In this document: positions 53,216 to 64,000 of the stretch, one piece after another | Position numbering within the stretch: position 1 is the stretch's first letter | Layout: every line of letters begins with the position of its first letter | NCBI RefSeq assembly: GCF_006345805.1 | Contig: NC_043002.1 | Coordinates: forward strand, 101,556,001-101,620,000 | From: Octopus sinensis | Taxonomy: Eukaryota | Direction of reading: 5' to 3' | Length of the DNA: 64,000 nt | The notes under the pieces: generated by a model | The model's database searches: none | Told to the model about the DNA's origin: nothing | Seen by the model: the letters and a program-made list of their open reading frames with translations, nothing else | Translations under genes and position numbers: made by a program

Positions 53216-53981
53216 TAACTTAGAATAACTTAGAAATGTTTTTGGCCAGTATTGGCCCAGGCCATGTCTAACTTAATAGCACCACCTGGCGAAGTCTTTC
53301 AGTTCAGGATTTGGGCACCAAGGCCCATTCGAGCAGAGAGTTATTGTTTGCGGAGACATATCCGGGTGTGGGTGGTTTGTCCGGTACTGTTTGAAGGAAT
53401 TTGTCCAAAGACTTCTTGAATTTTGTGTGGTCAGTTTCTTTTTTGACGTGTCCTGGTGTAATGTTGAAGAGAGCAGGTCCAAATGAGGTGAAATAGTTGT
53501 GCCGTATTGTCGTTATGTGATGCGATTTAGATTTTTGTTGTGGACGGATGACACGTGGTCCAAGCCTTGGATGCATTTTGAAGGTGATGCCAACATCATT
53601 CGGACAGTGCTGATGGAATATTTTCCACATCATACAGATAATGTAGCGTTCACGGCGTCGTTGGAGTGAATACAATTTCAGCTTCTCTAGTCTACCCCAG
53701 TAGTCAAGGTCTGACATGCATCTATCTTTTTTGTGATTGACCTTTGGGGAGCTTCAATTCTCATAATATTTTGTTTTGTGTAGGGAGACCACAGTGGACA
53801 GCAGTATTCAAGGTGTGGTCGGGCAAAAGTGGAGAAGAGAAGGATAATAGCGTGGGAATCTCTCGACTGGAAGGTTCTGAGAATCCAGGAACACATTCTG
53901 CGGGCCATGTCAACTTTGCTGCTTATATGTGTAGCCCAGCTTATGTTGTTGTCCACTGTTACTCCCAGGTCTCTGATGTTG

Positions 53982-53982
<1 letters not shown>
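53216..53982 (-). mobile_element. Young 5'-truncated CR1-like LINE inserted in (TA)n
   Basis: IRDLGVTVD..RPHLEYCCPLWSP..LEKLKLYSLQRRRERY..FKKSLDKFL..NNNSLLEW with a single frameshift at ~53717; tail (ttctaagtta)x2; (TA)n on both sides. Confidence 0.9.
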
Positions 53983-54059
<77 letters not shown>

Positions 54060-54489
54060 TATATAAATAAATATATATATACACACACACAAGCACGAAA
54101 ACAGACATACACACATACACACACTCATGTATGCCTGCGTACATGTATGTATGTATATTTGTGCGTATATACTTGCAATTTCTTTCGCTGTAAATTTGTT
54201 TATTCATGTGTGAGTTAGTATGCTAGTTGTTTTGTAAAGCAGCGTTTATTTCCACTTTGAGTCGATGAATTTAAAACACAAGAGACTCTCCAAAACGAAA
54301 ACAAAAACGTAAAGAAGAAAGAAGACAAAATCGAAAAATCAAAAACGCAATAATTTGTTTGAAAAATAAAATCTGATACAAAATCACATTAATTTTGGTG
54401 TTGTGAGTTTGTTCATTATAAATTTCTTTCTATTTTTTCCTATCAAGCCAGTTTCAACAAGAATGATAATGATAGTGATTTTAACATAA

Positions 54490-54870
54490 AACACGATGTT
54501 GTTGTTGTTGTTATTGTTGGTATTGTCATTATTATTATTATCGTCATTATTATTTTCTTTAGCGTCTACTTGCAGTTCTGTTTCCATTTCTTGCCGAATG
54601 TCTTCCTGACATCTGGGGGCAGAGATATGTACTGTATACATTATTAGGCCATTAAAACAAACGCGCCGGATTGCTCATTTACAGAGTCATGTGATAGAAA
54701 AAAAGGGGAAAAACAGAGAGAAAAAGGAACAAATTTTAAAACTAGAAAAGTAAACAAATAAAATAAGGAGGGTGGGAGAAAGTAAATTCACAGCGACAAT
54801 CCCCTTCTTAATACGTATGACGTACAAGTTAAGACAATCTTTTGCACTTCCAGCATGGATGGTAAGCAAC
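54490..54870 (-). mobile_element. Short family 2 3' fragment inside the TAA tail of the family 3 element
   Basis: Reverse complement gcttaccatccatgctggaagtgcaaaagattgtcttaac and tttaatggcctaataatgtatac..ggcaagaaatggaa match 44205-44430. Confidence 0.85.
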
Positions 54871-54872
54871 AG

Positions 54873-54955
<83 letters not shown>

Positions 54956-55541
54956 CATTATTATTATTATTATTATTATTATTGCCTTGCACAGCTTCTA
55001 ACGCTGAAGATGTACTACAGTGTCAGCTGTTCACTACCAGTGAACTAAGGTAACACCTCTTATTTTTCGAGCACCTTCCGAAGTATTCGAGCGGTTCCAA
55101 GCAGTACTGTTTTCTTCAAAGTCCTCCACTCTTATTGCAGCCCCTATTTGTTCCACGTTCTTCTCGATATTTTTGCTCACTCTTCCCAGGGCTCCGACAA
55201 TTATTGGTAATACTACCACCTTTTCATCCACCACAACTGCATAACTTCCCAAGCTAACCTGATATATCTCTCAACTTTTCTTTTTTCCTTATTGCATACG
55301 TTGTTGTCAGCAGGGCACGCTATGTCTATGATTCAGCCTTCTCTTTTTTTCTTTTATTTGTTTCAGTCATTTGACCGCGGCCATGCTGGAGCAGCGCCTT
55401 TAGTCGAGCAAATCGATCCCGTGACTTATTCTTTGCAAGCCTAGTACTTATTCTATCGGTCTCTTTTGCTGAACCGCTAAGTTACGGGGACATAAACACA
55501 CCATCATTGGTTGTCAAGCAATGCTAGGGGGACAAACACAG

Positions 55542-55572
<31 letters not shown>

Positions 55573-56870
55573 CATATATATGACAGGCTTCTTTCAGTTT
55601 CCGTCTACCAAATCCACTCACAAGGCTTTGCTCGGCCCGAGGCTATAGTAGAAGACACTTGCCCAAGGTGCCACGCAGTGGGACTGAACCCGAAACTATG
55701 TGGTGGGTAAGCAAGCTACTTCCAACAGAGCCACTCCTGCGCCTAGTCTGTTTTCTTTCTCAATTAAGACTATGTCTGGCTTCCTATTCTCAACCTCATG
55801 GTCGCAATGAATCATAAAATCACATAGAATCTTTGCATTTCTATTTTCGACGATACCTTCAGGTTTGTGGTCGTACTAAATTTTTGCTCTGTTAATTCCG
55901 TACTTGTTGCAAAGTGTCCAATTGAAAAGACTGGCTATATTGTTGGGGCGTCTCTTATATTCCTTCTGGGTTAGAGGCGTACATTAGCTGGTAATATGCC
56001 ATACGGTTTCACAGTTTTGTTCACAGATTCTGCACTTATCACTTTTTGCTGTGTTGTCCATTCTGTATTTTATATAGTTTGTTCTTAGTGATTGCTCTTG
56101 GGCAACACAGATTAGATCCTCCGTTTTCGGTTTTAAATCCCTTTTAGTCATCCACAGCCATCTTCTTTTTCTCTGTCTGTCTTATCTTCAACATCCCTAT
56201 GAAATTGACCATGCATTCTTTTCTTTATCCATCTATTTTCAGTTTCATTCGTTTTCAATTTCTTGTATAGTGCTTTATCTTTGCAATCTGTTTAACTACA
56301 CGAGCCTGTCTTTCCTACTTCTAATAACAGCGGTTCCGTGGCATTTTTTTTTACATACAATGCTATGTCATCTTCTTCTGCTCTAATACTGTGTTTGCAT
56401 CCAATAAGTCCTCTTCCCCTCTTTTTCTTTTAGTTAGCAACTTCCTTGTCTTTCTATCTAAGCAGTTTAGTTCGTCTACTGTCCATGCGACTACCCCTAC
56501 TCCATATCTAAGGATTGAAACCGTCCAGATGTTGATAGCTTCACTCTTATTCCGTCCATTTAATTTCGACTTAAGAATCAGTCTCAGTCTGCGCAAGTAC
56601 TCCACCTTAAATTTTTCTGTCATTTCTTTCTCCATGAATTTATCCATTTCCAAAATCCCCAAGTACTTAGAGCCCGCTCTTGTATCTGCTTCATAACCTT
56701 CCCCGACAGTATCGTTAGCCCGTCCATACATTTGATTTTGCCCCTCTTCAAGACTAACATACAATACTTTCTCAGTCCGAACTCCATTCTGATATCAACA
56801 CGGAAGGTATACAATATGACTGAACCTTCAATACTGTACATTTGCTATGATCTTCACCGAGCATTTACAT
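54871..56870 (-). mobile_element. Decayed R4/Dong element (family 3) with (TAA)n tail, interrupted by a SINE
   Basis: DIRMEFGLRK, KYLGILE..KSKLNGRNKSEAINIWTVSILRYG, VVVLPIIVGALGRV..LLGTARILRKVLEK*; 3' end aaggc|aataat at 54984. Confidence 0.82.
55341..55744 (-). mobile_element. Family C SINE nested in the family 3 LINE
   Basis: Near full-length match to 37327-37754 in reverse. Confidence 0.93.
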
Positions 56871-57120
56871 CTATATTATTATCTATCTCTTTGAAATTCA
56901 TTGAAATTTCTGTAAATATTTGAACATTCGATGGTTTAAACATGTTCCTCTAATTTTTATCTTATAATACTAAACTCTGCTAAAACCTATTTTCTCATAT
57001 ATATTTGTACCATTGATAAGCAAAAAATTGTCGAAACTAGTTTGGTATGTGAATAAATCTATTTAAAAACTACACGGTTTTCAGATTCAGGTGTATTTTC
57101 AAACCTCCAAATAAGTTCTC

Positions 57121-57151
<31 letters not shown>

Positions 57152-57158
<7 letters not shown>

Positions 57159-57395
57159 ATTAGAGATAAAACCACTATTAGGCAAATCATACAATGAAAA
57201 ACTTAAGCCAATACATAAGATTAATTAATTTATATTATTTTAAATATATATCAAAATTATTAAAAAAAGATAATTATCTTTTTTTAATAATTTTGATATA
57301 TATTTAAAATAATATAAATTAATTAATCTTATGTATTGGCTTAAGTTTTTCATTGTATGATTTGCCTAATAGTGGTTTTATCTCTAATTTAATAT
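57152..57395. repeat. Perfect 244-bp palindrome without spacer
   Basis: Arms 57152-57273 and 57274-57395 are exact reverse complements by my reading; centre gataa|ttatc. Confidence 0.93.
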
Positions 57396-57980
57396 AATAT
57401 AATATTTTACTATAAAATTGGATTCAATCCTAAATCTGATTTTTCCCTGTAAGTTTGGATTTATTCCCTAATAGTTTATTATATATATATATATATATAC
57501 ATTATGTATACATGCATACATATATATATAAATGTATGTATTAGTTACACAATGTGCAAACGAGAATAGATAGTGTATTCCATTTTGTACGTCTGGATAA
57601 ATGGTCAAAATTACATGAAAAGATAGCAGCCTCGTTCCTAGCAAGAAACACAACTATATTACCACATACAAAACAAACAAAAACTGAAAAAATAATAAGT
57701 TACATAAGAGGAAAAGTCACAAATGAAAAATACCATTTATATACAACCATACGAGTTGTACGAAGAATACTAGTGATATTTTAGCCATAATAACAGCTAC
57801 GTCAAAACAAGAGAAACGATAATATTTCCATTTATGTATCAAGCGAAATTGCAAAGCTATTTGAGAATGGTTGTCTGTGCTGTGGAAACGATACAACAGA
57901 AAACTCGGCATGACAAAAGCAAAACGATGATTTGAGAGCAGGTGGTCTTTCTTGCTTACAAAGTATAATGTATGTATATA

Positions 57981-58848
57981 CGAAGTGTACCCCCAAAGTA
58001 ATCGGAAGCATTCTCTGGGGGACGAGCCCGTTGTAGTTCAAGCTTCCGCTGTTAAAAGCTACTTGATGCAATCCTCAGGCGTTCTCCAATGGTCGTTTGA
58101 AGTCGTATTGCTATGTGGTGCCTCTTTACGATGGCTGCGATGACTGAAACGATGGAATAGCCTGCTTTCATGAAATTCTGTTTTTTGCTAGGGTAAACGA
58201 CGGCTGAAGCAGTTGTTGTGCTTCAAACAGCTTACAGGGGCGCTGCTATGAGCCAAACATAAGTTTACGAGTGGTTTCCAAGCTTTCGGAATGGCCACTT
58301 GTCGATTGAAAACCAACCTCGTTCAGGACGAACGTCGACCTCCCGAACAAATGAAGACACCATGAAAGTTCATGAACTGATCTTGGAGGACCGTCACCGA
58401 AAAATTAATGAATTTGTTGATATGACTGGTGTGTCCTGGAGCTCCTACCAACGAATTTTGAGTGGCGAATTGCGAATGAAAAGAGTTGTAGCAAAAGTTG
58501 TGCCTCGCTTACTCACGGATGATCAAAAGCAGTCACGACTGAATGCGTTGGAAAATGATCCGGAACTTTTTTTTTTGGAGGTCATCACTGGTGACAGAAG
58601 CTGGTGCTACGGAATTTTCAGATGTGGAAGACGCGAAAAACAAAAAAAGAAAGAACAAAACACAACGGAGGCATTAAAAGGCATCACCTCGCGAGAGTCC
58701 CAGCACTATTTCCAACAGTGGAAAACGCGTCTAGACCGATGCATTGCTTCAAATGCAGAATAATTTGAAGGCAATAAAAGTGTAAACAGGTAAAATTAAG
58801 TGAATAAAATAATGCTGTAAAATTCCGGTTTGTTATGGGTAACCTTCG
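57981..58848 (+). mobile_element. Internally deleted mariner (Tc1/mariner) transposon
   Basis: MKFCFLLG..QTAYRGAAMSQT*VYEWF..ENQPRSGR, KVVPRLLT, ITGDRSWCYG, QQWKTRLDRCIASNAE*FEG; degenerate TIRs cgaagtgtacccc..atcggaa and ttccggttt..gggtaaccttcg; TA before the left end. Confidence 0.88.
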
Positions 58849-58849
58849 C

Positions 58850-58926
58850 GTGTGTGTGAGTATATATGTGTGTGTGTGTGAGTATATATGTGTGTGTGTG
58901 TGAGTATATATGTGTGTGTGTGTGAG

Positions 58927-58970
<44 letters not shown>

Positions 58971-58975
58971 TGTGT
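58850..58975. repeat. (gtgagtatatatgtgtgtgt)n minisatellite grading into (TG)n
   Basis: Direct reading, about four units. Confidence 0.9.
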
Positions 58976-60397
58976 ACATACTGAAAAGTGTAAGGTAAAG
59001 TGTTCCATGTTTTTGCATATTGAAAAAAAGTCTTTTCAGGTGTTCCCAAGACAGAAGCTAGATGAGAATCTATGCGATAGGAGGGTCGAGATGCTCCCAA
59101 TTCAATAGGGCAAGGCCTACAGCATCGTCTTCGAGGCGTTTAGTGTGTCGAAGACAGAAGGAGACATCCTGTGAGGTACACTACATCTTATTGTACCCCA
59201 GTACGAATACAAATGTGATGACAGACGCTGAAGTTCAATGACATCAACTATACGGTTGAACCCTGTTTCGTAGTCAGAATAGCAATCAACGTACAGTCAA
59301 CCAGAAGAGAAATGTAGCCGTTCGAGGTCAAGATATAATTGAAAATGCTAATTATCGTTGAAGAATGCAGAGCCATGACAGAGCTGAACCGGCTTGTTGG
59401 AGGGAAACCACGAAGGGAAGAGGCTGTTTGTGTAGGTCAAAATGACGAATTTGTTCTAAGATCCACTCGCGAACTGTGTTGCCCTGAAGTATTGGAAAAT
59501 CATGGAAATTAATGTAGTTGACAATAAAAGGCAACAAACTAAGAGTATCATCTGCCAGAGTTCTTTCGTTTTTCTTCCAGAAGCATCAATAATTTAATTC
59601 CCGACTGCAACTGTGTGATTGTACATAGAGATCTTGCTAACGGAGGTAAAAAATGCTAACCACGACGCTGGAAGTGAACATGGAGATAATAACGGATTAA
59701 AAAATAAAAATAAAACCGAGTTAATGAATTGATAATTATATACATAGTTATAAACACGAGTAGTTTAATTTAAGAAACACAATAATGAAGCAAAATATTG
59801 AAATGGCCATAACAGAACCACAAACGGCAGCATTAACAAACCATTTTTTTCTTTTGCCTGAAGTTTTTATATTCTAATATTTCATTTTGAATGCTAGACA
59901 AAAAGAGATATATACCATTAATACAAATTCAGGCAAAAGAAAAAGCATATCGTAATAGAGAGTGTCTCCGAGGCAGAGGAATTTAACGACAATATAAGGG
60001 TCTGCGAAATACAGGGATTAATGTAAGTGCATTGAAAGAGATATTGGTCTTAAGTTACGTTTTACTTGACTGGCAGAGTGCGAACAAGTAACGAATACCG
60101 ATATAAGTCGATTAGTTTTCAGTTCGCTCGAAAGTCACCTACTTTCAGCAATGTCTGGAAGGGTCTGCATGAAATTGCAACTCCGAATCCCCTCCAAGTA
60201 CCGATACATTACTCAGACACTTGCACATGCGCCCCTAGGCACACATCTAGAGGCATCAAATTTATATGCTCTTATTTGTGTCGAATGCCATTTCTCACAA
60301 AGTCCAGCATCATGTTTATACAAGCAAATACGTCCTTTAATCACTTTTTTCTTACATGTTATCTTATATGCACGACTGTTTCTTTGAAGCACTAATT

Positions 60398-61905
<1,508 letters not shown>

Positions 61906-61967
61906 TCGGTGTCGCTACAGGTGCTGCTGCTGCTGCTGTTGTTGTTGTCATAGTTGCTGCTGCTGCC

Positions 61968-62195
61968 AAGCCGGAGAGCTGGCAGAATGATCAGAATGCG
62001 GGGCAAAATGTTTTTCGGAATTTCGTCCATCTTAACGTTCTGAGTTCAAATGCTGCCGAGGTCGTCTTTACCTTTCATCCTTTCAGGGTTCCATAAAATG
62101 AATACCAGTCGAGCAAGCGCTGGGGGGGTCAATGTAATTGATTTATCCCCTTCCCTGAACTTGCTGGCCTCGAACCACAATTTGAAAACACTATT
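61968..62195 (+). mobile_element. Diverged family B SINE with a third tail type
   Basis: gagagctggcagaa..gagttcaaatgctgccgagg..cctttcatcctttcagggt, then tail atccccttccctgaacttgctggcctcgaaccacaatttgaaa. Confidence 0.75.
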
Positions 62196-62240
62196 ATTAT
62201 CATTATTATTATTATTATTACTATTGTTATTATTATTATT

Positions 62241-62462
62241 CAGTAGTTTTATTTTTTATAGCGTGCTTTCACTTCACTACCGAGCGCAGCTCTGTGTGCC
62301 TTGGGTATGTGCTGTGATTTGTTGTGATGCTCTGATGGTTATTGTATGGAAAGTGTTCTGCGTAGGATGTGTGCAGTGCCTAGTAGTACAATTTTCTGTA
62401 TGTTATATGTGTAAGTCCTGGTGTTTTTGTCATGTATTTGTCTGAATTTTCCTGGTGTATTT
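62241..62462 (-). mobile_element. ~220-bp 3' fragment of family 1, flanked by (TAA)n on both sides
   Basis: Reverse complement matches 21430-21644 including the identical actactg|aataat junction. Confidence 0.92.
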
Positions 62463-62464
62463 AC

Positions 62465-62522
<58 letters not shown>

Positions 62523-62905
62523 GTTATTATTGTTATTGTTGTTGTGTTGTTGTTGTTGTTGTTTTTGTTTTTGTTTTTGTTGTTAAATAAATGTTAAAAT
62601 TTAATCTGCGAATAAACGTTTATTGGTTGGAAAATGATATTAAAAAAAAAAAAGGTTTAGTGGTTGGAAATGTAAAAATAAAGCCAAAAACAGTCTGTAT
62701 GATTTATTGTTGAGGCTTTTGTGGTTGTCTCTATAAAACCAGTCTTGTAGAACTCTATAGAATATTATCAGCCAAACACTATTGACACTTGTCTCGAGAT
62801 GCTTACATTCACAGAAAATATGTTGACTATTTCAAATGTAATTACAAGTGAGTCTCATACAAACACACACACACACACACACATACAAACACACGCACGC
62901 ACACG

Positions 62906-62939
<34 letters not shown>

Positions 62940-63367
62940 ATATAAACATACCCACGCACAAAGACACCCTCATCCATACATAGACACACAGAACAGTATA
63001 TGTGTCTATATACGTATATCTTTGTTTATATCTCTATACGTGCATGTGTATGTATACTTATATAAATACACACACACACACACACACACACTCACAAACA
63101 CATACACAAACGCACACACTCACGCAAAAGCCGCACACGCATATGTATGTATGTATATATATATATGTATGTATGTTTGCATAGCTTGACTTTATTATTC
63201 GATTCTCATATTTAAACTTTCTGCTTTATGCACTCACTTATTCACCAAAACTCAAGCGAAATTCATACAAACACTTCAGGCTGAAAGCAAACAGAAGGCA
63301 ACCCTCGCAAACACAGCGGTACTGACACACATACAACACACACATACGCATATACATAGCATACCAG

Positions 63368-63449
<82 letters not shown>

Positions 63450-63460
63450 TACCTCATTTC

Positions 63461-63515
<55 letters not shown>

Positions 63516-63570
63516 TATATATAATATATACGATATATATATATATTATATATATATATTATATATATAT

Positions 63571-63606
<36 letters not shown>

Positions 63607-63608
<2 letters not shown>

Positions 63609-63754
63609 ACTCTCTATAAACAATAACTCTCTACTTGAGTGGGCCATAGTGCCCAAATTCTGACTTGAAAGACTTCACCAGGTGGTGCTATTAAGTTAGA
63701 CATGGCCTGGGCCAATAATGGCCGAAACCTATCAAAGTATCAAAGTATCAAAGT
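63607..63754 (+). mobile_element. Very short CR1-like 3' fragment inserted in (TA)n
   Basis: NNSLLEWAIVPKF* and UTR ccaggtggtgctattaagttagacatggcctgggccaat match the 53216 copy; tail (atcaaagt)x3. Confidence 0.9.
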
Positions 63755-63963
63755 ATATACACATATGTGCCCGCATATAAATGTATACATGTGTGTGTAT
63801 GTGTTGTCTCATATGAACATTATAAACCTAGTCTTTCTATAAATTATGTTTGGATTGACTAGGACGTCGATTAACGAGTGCTTATTCGCCAGATATTCGA
63901 TGGTAATAAATGAGTGTACAATCACGTGTAAATACATGAATGTATGTATGTATGTACGTGTAC

Positions 63964-63998
<35 letters not shown>

Positions 63999-64000
63999 TG

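Overview
AT-rich eukaryotic DNA saturated with microsatellites and interspersed repeats. The SINE and LINE families resemble those I associate with octopus genomes, but that is recollection, not a search result. I found no host protein-coding exon I can support, so the window is intronic or intergenic, and nearly all ORFs in the supplied track are translations of (TA)n, (TAA)n, (GAA)n, (CA)n or (GGTT)n repeats. Recognisable content: (1) at least five distinct families of RT plus restriction-like-endonuclease non-LTR retrotransposons of the R4/Dong type, repeatedly embedded in (TAA)n arrays with a shared 3' junction register and stacked in trains; (2) three non-L1 LINE insertions with 5' inversions, one with a fold-back junction; (3) CR1-like LINEs sitting in (TA)n; (4) three tRNA-derived SINE families with exchangeable modules; (5) a MITE carrying TTAGGG repeats, a non-autonomous Helitron, an internally deleted mariner and two possible Penelope-like remnants with decayed hammerhead cores; (6) a perfect 244-bp spacerless palindrome, a 68-nt near-perfect hairpin, a ~450-bp tandem duplication and a higher-order (TAT)n minisatellite. 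The most coherent system-level signal is a community of (TAA)n-targeting retroelements that may regenerate their own target. Boundaries of old, decayed elements are approximate because they were read by eye.
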